Origin: Gemmatimonadales bacterium
GTDB lineage: Bacteria > Gemmatimonadota > Gemmatimonadetes > Gemmatimonadales > GWC2-71-9
Assembly (NCBI GenBank): GCA_965249575.1
Contig: OZ252244.1
Location: 3,456,001-3,520,000 of the forward strand
Length of the DNA: 64,000 nucleotides
Direction of reading: 5' to 3'
This document shows positions 50,399-59,954 of the stretch, piece by piece. The notes beneath the pieces were generated by a model that saw only the letters and a program-made list of their open reading frames with translations, was not told where the DNA came from and made no database searches. How positions within the stretch are numbered: the first letter of the stretch is position 1; every line of letters starts with the position of its first letter. Position numbers and translations under genes: made by a program.

Positions 50399-50558
50399 GC
50401 CTTTTGACGTCACCGAGCCCGACATTCATCATCTAGGATAGGCCGGCGCTGCCCGTTTCGCCGTTTGCCGTCGCCTGTCGATCGCAACGCCCAGACCGTT
50501 CGTAGAAGCATGGCTCGACCCGCGGGTCTAGCTTCCGCGGTGAGCAGGAGAATCCTCA

Positions 50559-52949
50559 ATGTCCAGACATCCCATCTTCGCGCGGATCGTCCCTTTCCTC
50601 GGACTGGTCCTCGGACTGACAGCATGCGAGACGGTCCCGGTCGCCGCGCCGGACGATACCGGCAGTGCCGGACCAGATCCCTCAGCGAACATCCAACTCC
50701 TGCAGCCCCTTGGCGTCGCGGAGTTCGAACAGACGCTCGCGACGAGCAGCCAGGGTTCAGCAGGTCCAGGCGTTCGGGTGACCGTCCGGCTCCAGAACGG
50801 CGGGTTGGTGGCGGACGCGGTGAAGATCGAGCCCACAGGTGGGACGGGTGAATCCGAGTACATCCGGAGCCACATCACCGAGCTGATGATCGGCAATGGC
50901 GGCGGCACCCTGACGCTGGAGCTCGGTCAGCTCGAGGTGGCGTTCGACGCGGTGGGCACGGGCTACCGATCATCCGACGGCGATGAGATCACCATGCAGG
51001 ACTTTCTCGATCGCGTGGGCCTCTCCCTCGCTGACCAGACCCACCCGGCGGTCAGGGTGGAGCGGCAGCCTTCCGGGTCGCCGCAGGATCCCTCCGATCC
51101 GGGGTTCACTGCCACGCTGCTTCGACTCGAGGCTGAGGACGAGGGTGCGGCGATCGCCATCAACGTCGATCACGACAACTTCGAGCGTAACACGAACCCG
51201 CCCCCAGACGGCTGGCTGACCGTTCTGGGGCTCGATATCGAGCTCCGGATCACCGACGGAATCACTGACATCGAGATCGAACGGCCAGATCTGGAGAAGG
51301 TCGACTTCGAAGGCGTCGTCGAATCGGTTGATCTCGAACGCCCGTCGTTCACCCTCGAGGACGGCACCGTAGTGCTGCTCGGTCCCAGGACCGAAACCGA
51401 TCACAAAATGGAACACGACCGCCACCGGTTGCGGGCGTTGGCGGCCGTCAAGGAGGCGCTGGACGCGGGGCTGGTCGTGATCGCTCACGGCCGGGGGGCT
51501 GTTGTTGGCACCGATCCCCTGACACTCGTGGCATTCCACGTCGCCTTCCAGCTCGACGCATCGACGCTCCAGGAGTTCGAGGGTGTCGTAGAGTCGGTGG
51601 ACGTCGAGGCCCGCTCGTTCACCCTGGCCGATGGGACCGTCATCCGGGTGCTTGCCCTCACCCATTTCCACTACGGGTGGGACCTTCAAAACGTCATCCG
51701 CTCGCTCGAGCGCGTCGCGGAGGCAATTAAAGCCGGGCATACCATTCGAGCGCACGGCGTTGGGGCTGCCGTGACAGGAGACCCATCGACGCTCATTGCA
51801 ATCAAGGTGGCGTTCGAGGCGGAACCTCCGCCGATGCGGGAGTTCGAAGGGGTGGTCGAGTCGGTCGATCTCGAGCACAACACGTTCACGCTCGACGACG
51901 GGACGATCATCCACGTGCCCGGCTATGACTGGGCCCAGGCCGCCGTCAACGACGGCATCGATGACGATCGCTACGATCGGCCGTGGCGACTAGCGGCAGT
52001 CGCGGAAGCGGTGGAGGCAGGCCTGACCGTGATTGGCGCGGGCGTGGGACTCGTAAAGGATACGGATCCGCTCACATTGCTGGCGCTTCGGCTCAGGTTC
52101 GCGATCGAAAGGCCGGGTCCGGAAGCCTTCGAGGGCGTCGTCGAGTCTGTGGATACCGAGGCGCGCACCTTTACGCTCGTCGGGGGGCTCGTAGTTCGGG
52201 TGTTGAGGGTGACGGAAATCCAGCTCGTGGCGAGCTCCACCATCGCGACGAGCGACGGCTATCCCATCTTCGATGACCCACTCGCGGTCGTAGCGCGTGC
52301 GGTCGCCGCGGGACTCGCAGTGGCCGCGCGGGGAAGCGGCGTGATCGATCCCACGGATGCTCAGCGGATCGTAGCGGTGGAAGTCCTGTTCGCGATCCAG
52401 CGCCCAGCCGAGGTGCAGTTCGAGGGCGAGGTCGAGTCCCTCGACCTGCCGGCCCGGAGCTTCACCCTCACCGACGGCACCGTGGTGCGCTGGGGCCCTG
52501 TACCCCCGCTTCCGCAGCCTCTGCTGAGCTTCCGGCCCTCACACACGCTCGAGGCGGTGGCGGAGGCGCTCGATGCCGGCGTGACGGTGCTTGCCAAAGG
52601 GATCGGTTTTCCGGTCAACGGCGATCCCAAGGTGCTCGTTGCCTTTCGTGTCGAGTTTCAGCTCGACGATACGGGAGCCGAAGCATTCGAGGGTGAGGTA
52701 GCGACTTTCGATCTCACCAATCGTTCCTTCACCCTCACGGACGGGACGGTGGTGCGCCTCATTCAACTCACGGAAGTCGAGTTCTCACATGTGGTAGGTC
52801 TCGATCCGCAGGCATCCTTCGCCGCCGCCGCTGACCAGGCCCGCGACGGCATCTCAGCGCATGCAAAGGGCAGGGGGATCCGGGTCGGTGACAATCCCAC
52901 GACCCTCGTCGCCATCGAGGTGAAATTCGAGATCGGTCAAACCTCCTAG
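50559..52949 (+). CDS. Lipoprotein with 6 DUF5666-like repeats; paralog of 3879-5462
   Basis: AGGAG RBS; lipobox LGLTAC; FEGxVxxxD...FTLxxG repeats starting at 51306, 51576, 51843, 52128, 52419 and 52686. Confidence 0.85.
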   Translation: MSRHPIFARIVPFLGLVLGLTACETVPVAAPDDTGSAGPDPSANIQLLQPLGVAEFEQTLATSSQGSAGPGVRVTVRLQNGGLVADAVKIEPTGGTGESEYIRSHITELMIGNGGGTLTLELGQLEVAFDAVGTGYRSSDGDEITMQDFLDRVGLSLADQTHPAVRVERQPSGSPQDPSDPGFTATLLRLEAEDEGAAIAINVDHDNFERNTNPPPDGWLTVLGLDIELRITDGITDIEIERPDLEKVDFEGVVESVDLERPSFTLEDGTVVLLGPRTETDHKMEHDRHRLRALAAVKEALDAGLVVIAHGRGAVVGTDPLTLVAFHVAFQLDASTLQEFEGVVESVDVEARSFTLADGTVIRVLALTHFHYGWDLQNVIRSLERVAEAIKAGHTIRAHGVGAAVTGDPSTLIAIKVAFEAEPPPMREFEGVVESVDLEHNTFTLDDGTIIHVPGYDWAQAAVNDGIDDDRYDRPWRLAAVAEAVEAGLTVIGAGVGLVKDTDPLTLLALRLRFAIERPGPEAFEGVVESVDTEARTFTLVGGLVVRVLRVTEIQLVASSTIATSDGYPIFDDPLAVVARAVAAGLAVAARGSGVIDPTDAQRIVAVEVLFAIQRPAEVQFEGEVESLDLPARSFTLTDGTVVRWGPVPPLPQPLLSFRPSHTLEAVAEALDAGVTVLAKGIGFPVNGDPKVLVAFRVEFQLDDTGAEAFEGEVATFDLTNRSFTLTDGTVVRLIQLTEVEFSHVVGLDPQASFAAAADQARDGISAHAKGRGIRVGDNPTTLVAIEVKFEIGQTS

Positions 52950-53007
52950 TGGCCGCCCGCCGGGGGCCGGGGGACGGGGGGGCGGGACGGTAGGAGGTGT
53001 TTCTACC

Positions 53008-53223
53008 TCAAGCTTCCCGGCTGTTCGTAGTTTCCGGCATGAGGAACCAGAGGATGGCGTACACCAGGATGCCCGGGAACGCCGCTGAGACGACGGACAC
53101 GACCACGTAGATCACACGCAGCAGCGTGGGGTCCATGTCGAAGTAATCCGCAAGGCCTGCGAGGACGCCGGCGACGATCTTGTTGTCGTTCGAGCGTTGG
53201 AGCGCGCGCGAAGTGTCTACCAT
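53008..53223 (-). CDS. PspC domain protein
   Basis: RSNDNKIVAGVLAGLADYFDMDPTLLRV..YAILWFLMP. Confidence 0.9.
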   Translation of the reverse strand: MVDTSRALQRSNDNKIVAGVLAGLADYFDMDPTLLRVIYVVVSVVSAAFPGILVYAILWFLMPETTNSREA

Positions 53224-53255
53224 ACAGATCTCCCCGTTCAGGAGCCGCTGCAAAT

Positions 53256-54671
53256 CTACAGACGAGACCGCACGAACGCGAAGTAGAGCGCCAGGATCAC
53301 CGCTAGCACCCAGGTGGAGCGGTTTACCTCGGGAGCGCGGCCACTCAGCAGCTTCACCAATGGATAGCTGATGAGTCCGAGCGACAAGCCGTCGGCGATG
53401 GAAAACGAGAGTGGGATGCCGATGATGACCAGGAACGCCGGTATGCTCTCGGTGTAGTCTGCCCACTGAATCTGCGTGACGTTTCGTGCCATCATGGCGC
53501 CTACCAGGACCAGCGCCGGTGCGGTGATGGGCGGGTAGCTGCCAACCATCGATACGATTGGATAGAAGAAGAGGGCGAGGAGGAACCAGGTGGCCACGAC
53601 TAGCGCCGTTAGTCCGGTTTTCCCTCCCTGCTCGATACCGGAAGCGCTCTCGATGTAGCTCGTCACTGTGCTGGTGCCGAGCGAGGCGCCCACGACCGTC
53701 CCGACAGCATCCGACATCATCGCCCGCTGGGCACGCGGCAGTTTGTTTTCGACTAACATGCCCGCGCGCTGCCCCAAGCCGATCAGGGTACCCACCGTGT
53801 CGAATACGTCCATGAAGAAGAAGATCACGACGATTGGAATCATGGAGGCGACGACGGCCCAACCGAGATCCATTTGGAAGAGCGTCGGACCCAACGAGGG
53901 GGGCAGCGACACGAAATCCTGCGCTGGCGCGAACTGGGTCCAGAGCCGGGAATCGCGAACGAGATCGGTGGTGGTCGCCACTGGAAGCAGCGGAAGTACG
54001 GCGCGCAGAACGAGGGCGGTCACCAGCCCGGCCGCTATACCCCACACGATCGAGCCGGCTATCCGGCGCGCGTGCAGGGCCGCGGCGACGAGAAATCCCA
54101 CCACGAAAACGACGATGTCGGGCGAGAGGAAGCGCGCGTTCAGGCGCACGGCGGTTCCGGGATCCGCGACGATGACCTGCGCGTTTCTCAGGCCGATGAA
54201 TGCTACGAAGACGCCGATTCCGACCGCGATGGCGTGCTTGAGGCTCGGGCTCACCGCGTCGATGATCCGCTCACGAATCCCGAGCACCGACACGATCAGG
54301 AACGCCACGCCCGCGATGAACACCGCGCCCAACGCCGCACGCCACGGATCGGGAGCGCCCGCAGCCGCGGCTACTGGGATGGCCGTAAAGACGAAGAAGA
54401 AGTTCTGTCCCATGCCTGGCGCGAGTGCGATTGGGTACCGGGCGTAGAGCCCCATGATCGCCGTGGCGAGCGCCGCGGCGAGGCACGTCGCAGTCGTGAC
54501 GGCCCCGAAGTCCATACCGGTGTCGGTCCCGAAGAGGGAGCCTGACAGCACCGCCGGCTGGACGAAGATGACGTAGGCCATCGTGAGAAAGGTCGTCGTT
54601 CCGGCCACGACCTCGATCCGCGGCGTCGTACCCCGCTCGCGTAGCTGAAAGTGCTCGCTCAGGAAGCGCAT
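53256..54671 (-). CDS. NCS2/AzgA-family purine permease
   Basis: EVVAGTTTFLTMAYVIFV, APGMG, FDTVGT and YIESASGIEQGGKTG. Confidence 0.92.
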   Translation of the reverse strand: MRFLSEHFQLRERGTTPRIEVVAGTTTFLTMAYVIFVQPAVLSGSLFGTDTGMDFGAVTTATCLAAALATAIMGLYARYPIALAPGMGQNFFFVFTAIPVAAAAGAPDPWRAALGAVFIAGVAFLIVSVLGIRERIIDAVSPSLKHAIAVGIGVFVAFIGLRNAQVIVADPGTAVRLNARFLSPDIVVFVVGFLVAAALHARRIAGSIVWGIAAGLVTALVLRAVLPLLPVATTTDLVRDSRLWTQFAPAQDFVSLPPSLGPTLFQMDLGWAVVASMIPIVVIFFFMDVFDTVGTLIGLGQRAGMLVENKLPRAQRAMMSDAVGTVVGASLGTSTVTSYIESASGIEQGGKTGLTALVVATWFLLALFFYPIVSMVGSYPPITAPALVLVGAMMARNVTQIQWADYTESIPAFLVIIGIPLSFSIADGLSLGLISYPLVKLLSGRAPEVNRSTWVLAVILALYFAFVRSRL

Positions 54672-54743
54672 CACGTGATGTGGGCCTCGTTACCTACGAA
54701 GGAGAGTCACTGGCGTCGGGTGTGTCGATTGCGGTTTTCTGGA

Positions 54744-55169
54744 TCAGGTCCCGCAGACGACGGCAACGATGTCCCGGGTGCGGGCGCGGTTGTCCAGGTT
54801 GATCGCGATGACCTGTTGCCACGTTCCGAGCGCGAGGCCACCCTCAACGATGGGAATCGACAGGCTAGTCTTGAGGAGTGCCGAGCGAACGTGCGAAAAG
54901 CCATTGCCGTCGCCCCAGCGCGCGTTGTGCTCGTAGTGGGCATCGAGCGGGGCTAACGCATCGAGCGCGCGCTGCAGGTCCGCGAGCGCGCCGGTCTCAT
55001 ACTCGATCGTGGTGACGGCCCCGGTGGAGCCTACGAGCTGAACGACCAACACCCCCGTCCGGAGCTCCGTGTCGGCGACCAGCGCGTGCAGTTCCGGGGT
55101 GATGTCGCGGTGGCCGAACTCGGCCGGCAACCGGAAAGACCACCGTCGGTGAGCTGTCGTCTGATCCAT
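54744..55169 (-). CDS. yjbQ: YjbQ/UPF0047 family protein
   Basis: DITP, STGAVTTIE, YEH..GDGNGFSHVRSALL and LGTWQ. Confidence 0.88.
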   Translation of the reverse strand: MDQTTAHRRWSFRLPAEFGHRDITPELHALVADTELRTGVLVVQLVGSTGAVTTIEYETGALADLQRALDALAPLDAHYEHNARWGDGNGFSHVRSALLKTSLSIPIVEGGLALGTWQQVIAINLDNRARTRDIVAVVCGT

Positions 55170-55272
55170 GAGACCACCCGAGCCGCCGGCACATCCCGGC
55201 ACGTGCGTGTGAGCGTTACTGGCTTCGAATCGTCGAATTGTACAAGTTCGGGGCCGGAAACCGAACCACCGA

Positions 55273-56421
55273 GTGTCGAGCGGCAACTCCACGGGGGAAA
55301 ATGTCCGGGTGAGAGCAACCAGGTTCTTTCAGAGGTATCTGCTTCCCGGATTCGTCTTTCAATCCGTCGTCATCGGGGGTGGGTATGGAACGGGCAGGGA
55401 ACTCGCCGAGTTCTTCCTGACGTACGGACCCATCGGCGGGCTGCTGGCGATGACGCTGATTTCCGCGGTCATCTGGAGCGCCGTCAGCGCGGTGAGCTTC
55501 GAGTTCGCGCGAATCTACCAGGCCTACGACTATCGGGGCTTCCTGAAGCACCTACTCGGACGCGCTTGGGTGTTGTTCGAGATCTCCTATGTCGCCCTGC
55601 TACTGATCGTCCTCGCCGTGATCGCGGCGGCGGCCGGCTCGATGCTCCGCGAGACATTCGACCTCCCGTACGTCGTCGGTGTGGTAGGGATCATGACCGC
55701 CGTGGCCTACCTCGTCTTTCGTGGTACCAGGACCATCGAGCGGTTCCTGGTTGGATGGTCGTTCGTGCTGTACGCCGTCTACATCGTGCTCTTCGCCTGG
55801 TCGGTCGCGGCCTTCGGAGGCGACATCCGGTCGGCATTCGTCAGCAGTGGTGTCCAGCCGGGATGGGCACTGGGCGGCGTCAAGTATGCGGCGTACTCCC
55901 TGGCGCTCGTTCCGGCCATCCTCTTCTCGCTCGAGCACATCGAAACGCGGCGCGAGGCCCTGACTGCCGGCCTCCTCACCGGCCCGATCGCGATGATACC
56001 CGCGGTCCTGTTTTACATCGCGATGGTCGGGCAATACCCCGCTATCCTGGAGCGGCCGGTACCGGCGAATTACCTGCTCGAGCTTCTGGGTTCCCGGCCA
56101 TTCCAGATCGCCTTCCAGATCGTCCTCTTCGGGACCCTGGTGGAGACCGGCACGGGAATGATCCACGCGGTGAACGAACGGGTCGCGCACGCCCTTGGTG
56201 AGCGAGGCCGCCACCTCGCGGCAGTATGGCGTCCCGCGACGGCGGTCGTGCTGCTCTTGATCGCGTCCTTTTTGTCGCGCGTCGGACTCATCGCCCTCAT
56301 CGCGAAGGGCTACGGGACGCTGACGTGGGCCTTTCTCATCGTGTTCGTCGTTCCGGTCCTGACCTGGGGGCTCTGGCGCATCGTGCGAGTGCCCGATCCA
56401 GCCGTCGCCCCCGCGGAGTGA
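55273..56421 (+). CDS. YkvI-family membrane protein
   Basis: SVVIGGGYGTGRELAEFF and LIAKGYG; about 10 TM helices. Confidence 0.8.
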   Translation: MSSGNSTGENVRVRATRFFQRYLLPGFVFQSVVIGGGYGTGRELAEFFLTYGPIGGLLAMTLISAVIWSAVSAVSFEFARIYQAYDYRGFLKHLLGRAWVLFEISYVALLLIVLAVIAAAAGSMLRETFDLPYVVGVVGIMTAVAYLVFRGTRTIERFLVGWSFVLYAVYIVLFAWSVAAFGGDIRSAFVSSGVQPGWALGGVKYAAYSLALVPAILFSLEHIETRREALTAGLLTGPIAMIPAVLFYIAMVGQYPAILERPVPANYLLELLGSRPFQIAFQIVLFGTLVETGTGMIHAVNERVAHALGERGRHLAAVWRPATAVVLLLIASFLSRVGLIALIAKGYGTLTWAFLIVFVVPVLTWGLWRIVRVPDPAVAPAE

Positions 56422-56481
56422 GGAATCAATGTCGCCGGCCGATAGGGCCGGTTGGCCGTTTCCGAGGTGAGCCTAAGGTGC

Positions 56482-57723
56482 TTAGGGGCTTGCCTCGAGC
56501 CGGCTAGCCCCCTCGACCGCCCCCCGCAGGACCTGGCGTAGGGCTTCGACGTCTTCCGCGTCGTTGTACACGTGGGGGGAGATGCGGAGTACGTCGCCCC
56601 GCATCGACGCGGAGACCTTCCGGTGCGCAAGGTCGGCGTGAATCCGTTCGAGTGCGACGCCTTTAGGAAGTCGAAGACCGAACAAGTGTCCCCCGCGCCA
56701 GGCATCCTGCGCGATGCCGAAGCCGAGCCCCTTCGCCTCCTCGACCAGGTCCCGCGTGAGCGCGCGGCAGTACTGCTCGATTTCCTGCACTCCCCACTCA
56801 CTGAGCTGCTCGAGTGCGGCGATGAGCATCGGGATGAGCACGAAATTGCTGCACTCCCCGACGTCGTAGCGGGCGGCGCCGGGCCGGTATGCGTCCTCGT
56901 AATCCACGAGCCGCCGGAAATCCTCACTCCCCAGCCGTCCGATCCACGTCTCCTCCGAGGGAACGCCGTCGTCGTAGCGCTGACCGTAGTACGCCAACCC
57001 GATCGAATAGGGCCCCGTCAGCCACTTGTACGCGGCGCAAATGACGGCGTCTGGTTGAATGGACGTCACGTTGAAGGGCATGGCGCCCACCGACTGCGTG
57101 CCGTCCACGACGAGCGCGGCCCCGACCTCCCGGGCTCGGCGGCCGATGGCTTCGAGATCGAGCCGCACGCCATCCGTCCAGTGGACATGCGGCAGCGCCA
57201 CCACCGCCGTGCGTGCATCGATGGCGTCGAGGACACGGGTGCTCAGCTCCTCTCCCATTCCTCCCCCGGGGGGCGCCTCGATCGTGCGGACGTCGGCACC
57301 CACGCGGGAGCCGATGCGCTTCCACACGTAGACATTCGACGGAAACTGGTGGTGGGTGACCACGATGTTCTGGCCTGCCGCGACCGGCGTGTTCCGCGCG
57401 GCGTTCGCGATCCCATACGAGGCCGCCGGGATGATCGCGATGCGCGCCGGGTCGGCCACGCCGATCAACGCCGCGAACAGCTCGCGCGCTCGGTCACAGC
57501 CTGCATAGAAGTCTTCAACGTGGATGGACGTCGGATCGCACTTCCGCTTGACCCCCGCGAATCCCGCCTCGACGACCCGTTTTGACAGCGGCGACATGTA
57601 CGCGCAGTTGAGGTAGTGCGATCCTTCGGGGAGTGAAAACCGTTCCCGCTGACACGCGAGACGTGCGACTGTCCTCGGGCCAGGTGACGTATGGGTGCGC
57701 GGTGGTTTAGTCGTCGGATTCAC
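56482..57723 (-). CDS. Class V PLP-dependent aminotransferase-fold enzyme
   Basis: YLNCAYMSP, VDGTQSVG, AAYKWLTGP and RISPHVYN; no desulfurase RxGxHC cysteine. Confidence 0.88.
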   Translation of the reverse strand: MNPTTKPPRTHTSPGPRTVARLACQRERFSLPEGSHYLNCAYMSPLSKRVVEAGFAGVKRKCDPTSIHVEDFYAGCDRARELFAALIGVADPARIAIIPAASYGIANAARNTPVAAGQNIVVTHHQFPSNVYVWKRIGSRVGADVRTIEAPPGGGMGEELSTRVLDAIDARTAVVALPHVHWTDGVRLDLEAIGRRAREVGAALVVDGTQSVGAMPFNVTSIQPDAVICAAYKWLTGPYSIGLAYYGQRYDDGVPSEETWIGRLGSEDFRRLVDYEDAYRPGAARYDVGECSNFVLIPMLIAALEQLSEWGVQEIEQYCRALTRDLVEEAKGLGFGIAQDAWRGGHLFGLRLPKGVALERIHADLAHRKVSASMRGDVLRISPHVYNDAEDVEALRQVLRGAVEGASRLEASP

Positions 57724-57876
57724 GAGTCATACGCTCCTCATCAGGGAATGCACCGTCACCGTTCAATGTACACCGGAGATAGTGAAGCGCCCGTGCCGTG
57801 CTTGCCACTTTCTCCCGTGGCGGTCATTATAGGCTCCACGTTTGTGTAAGCTCCTACCGCGCTCCTAGGCGGCCGA

Positions 57877-58890
57877 ATGCCGGAAGCTGGGAGCCCCGAC
57901 CCCCCCCAGATTGGTTACGCCGTGGACGCAGCCAACACATCGCCGGTGGTCGGCATCTATGATCGCTCGCCTGAGCTATACCTGCACCTCATCCGGGATC
58001 TCGTTCCAGAGGAGCGCTTGCGGGTTTGCACCCGGTGGGACGGGATCGGGGCGATTCTCCCAGACGTCGACGTGCTCCTGGCGAACAAATTTCCCAAGCG
58101 GCAGTTTCCGCGCGAGGAGATTCTCGCTTCCGAGCGGCTCGAGTGGGTGCAACTCGCTGGAGCGGGGGTCGATCACATTACTCCCTTTGACCCAGCCAAG
58201 ATCATGGTGACCAACGCGTCGGGGATACACGGGCCGACGATGTCGGAGTACATCCTGGGGACCCTCGTGCACATGTTGTGGGACTTTCCCAGATTGCTGC
58301 GGCAGCAGCGGGAACGACAGTGGGACCTCTACGAGGTGCCAACCCTCGGCGGCAAGACGGCGGGCGTGGTGGGCGTGGGGCACATCGGATCGACATTCGC
58401 AAAGCGAGCCAAGGCGTTTGGCATGCGCGTGATCGGTACGCGTAGGTCGGGTGGGTCGGTATCGGGCGTGGACGCGGTGTACGGCCCAGAGGGCCTTCCG
58501 ACCGTCATGACCGATGCCGATGTCGTGGTGTTGACCGTGCCGCGCACGCCCGAGACCATGAACCTCATAGGGCGCGCCGAGCTGGAGCTAATGAAACCGA
58601 CGGCCTACCTGATCAACGTGAGCCGTGGGGGCATAGTGGACGAAGCGGCGCTCCTCGCACTTCTCAAAAGAGGAAAGATCGCCGGCGCGGTCCTCGACGT
58701 GTTCGAGCGGGAGCCGCTCCCGTCCGAGAGTGAGTTCTGGTCGTTGCCGAACGTGCTGGTGACGCCGCATATCTCCAGCGAGTTTCGCAACTGGCCGGCG
58801 GCCGTGGCGGAACTGTTCGTCGCCAACTTGCGCCGTTGGATGGCTGGTGAGCCGCTCGAGAAGGTCGTCGATCCGGCGTTAGGGTACTAG
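57877..58890 (+). CDS. D-2-hydroxyacid dehydrogenase
   Basis: GVGHIG, INVSRG, LDVFEREPL and TPHIS. Confidence 0.92.
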   Translation: MPEAGSPDPPQIGYAVDAANTSPVVGIYDRSPELYLHLIRDLVPEERLRVCTRWDGIGAILPDVDVLLANKFPKRQFPREEILASERLEWVQLAGAGVDHITPFDPAKIMVTNASGIHGPTMSEYILGTLVHMLWDFPRLLRQQRERQWDLYEVPTLGGKTAGVVGVGHIGSTFAKRAKAFGMRVIGTRRSGGSVSGVDAVYGPEGLPTVMTDADVVVLTVPRTPETMNLIGRAELELMKPTAYLINVSRGGIVDEAALLALLKRGKIAGAVLDVFEREPLPSESEFWSLPNVLVTPHISSEFRNWPAAVAELFVANLRRWMAGEPLEKVVDPALGY

Positions 58891-59954
58891 TGACGATCCC
58901 ATCTTCTTCGGCACGGCCCAGCACGAAAGGTCACCGGCGACCGGCGCGAGGCTCGTCCCGGTCCCGGCGAATGTCCGGGACGATCGGGGTTCTGGTCGTG
59001 GGACTGGCCGGTTGGGGGTGCGGCCCGGCGGATCGTTCGGAGCGGGTTCCCCGCATGAACCTGATTACCGGGAGCACCGGGAGCACGTGGTACCGCATCG
59101 GGTCGGCGATCGCGGAACGTACCAATGAGGCGTTCGACGGCCACCCGATTTCGGCGCTCCCCGGGGCCGGTGGTGTTTCGAATCCGGCGCGCGTCGGTCT
59201 CGTTCCCGGTGACTTCGGGCTGGCGTTCTTACCATTCATGCTCGCGGCGTACAAGGGGGAAGCACCGTATCGGCGGGCATTCCCCGACCTCCGTCACGTA
59301 GCGACGCTTACGCAAAACAAGTTCCACGTTATCGTGGCCGAGGGATCTCCGGTCGCGAGCGTCGCAGACATCCGGGAGCGCCAGCTGGCCGTTCGTATTG
59401 GCACTGGGCCCCCGGGGTCCGGCGAGGAGTTCCTACTCAGGGAGAGTCTGCGCGCGTATGGGATCTCCTATGACGACATTCGAGCCTGGGGCGGTCGGCT
59501 CGACCTGATGGGTTCCGGGGAGCGCACGGATCAGTTTCGGGACCGTCACATCGACCTCATCGTGTTCAACATCAACGATCCAGCGTCGATTGTCACTCAA
59601 CTCATGCTCACACGCGCGTCCCGCTTCCTGTCGATCGCCGATCCTGTGCGTAGGTCGCTCGAGGCTGAGTGGCGGGTCCGGCTCCTGGACATCCCGGCGA
59701 ACACCTACCCGACCCAGAACGAGGCGGTCCAGACCGTCGGGCTGTCGTTTGGTGTCTTCACCACGGCAGACGTGAGCGACGAGATCGTATATCGGCTGGT
59801 GAAGACCGTCGCTGAGAACGAGAGCTATCTGGAAACCGTGCATCCCGGATTCAAGAAATGGGATCCGATCGACCTCGTGGAGAACTCGGGTGTCCCGACA
59901 CACGCCGGGGCTCTCCGCTACTACCGTGAGCGCGGGTGGGTGGAGCCGGAATGA
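58890..59954 (+). CDS. TAXI-family TRAP solute-binding subunit
   Basis: TGSTGSTWY, GPPGSG and PTHAGALRYYRE; alternative start 58971 gives a lipobox-like GWGC. Confidence 0.88.
   Translation: MTIPSSSARPSTKGHRRPARGSSRSRRMSGTIGVLVVGLAGWGCGPADRSERVPRMNLITGSTGSTWYRIGSAIAERTNEAFDGHPISALPGAGGVSNPARVGLVPGDFGLAFLPFMLAAYKGEAPYRRAFPDLRHVATLTQNKFHVIVAEGSPVASVADIRERQLAVRIGTGPPGSGEEFLLRESLRAYGISYDDIRAWGGRLDLMGSGERTDQFRDRHIDLIVFNINDPASIVTQLMLTRASRFLSIADPVRRSLEAEWRVRLLDIPANTYPTQNEAVQTVGLSFGVFTTADVSDEIVYRLVKTVAENESYLETVHPGFKKWDPIDLVENSGVPTHAGALRYYRERGWVEPE

Noticed and set aside
51300..52949. Diversity-generating retroelement target
   Set aside because: No reverse transcriptase or template repeat; variation is by indels, not adenine-specific substitution.
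56482..57723. Cysteine desulfurase (sufS/iscS)
   Set aside because: The catalytic cysteine loop is absent and there are no suf/isc neighbours.
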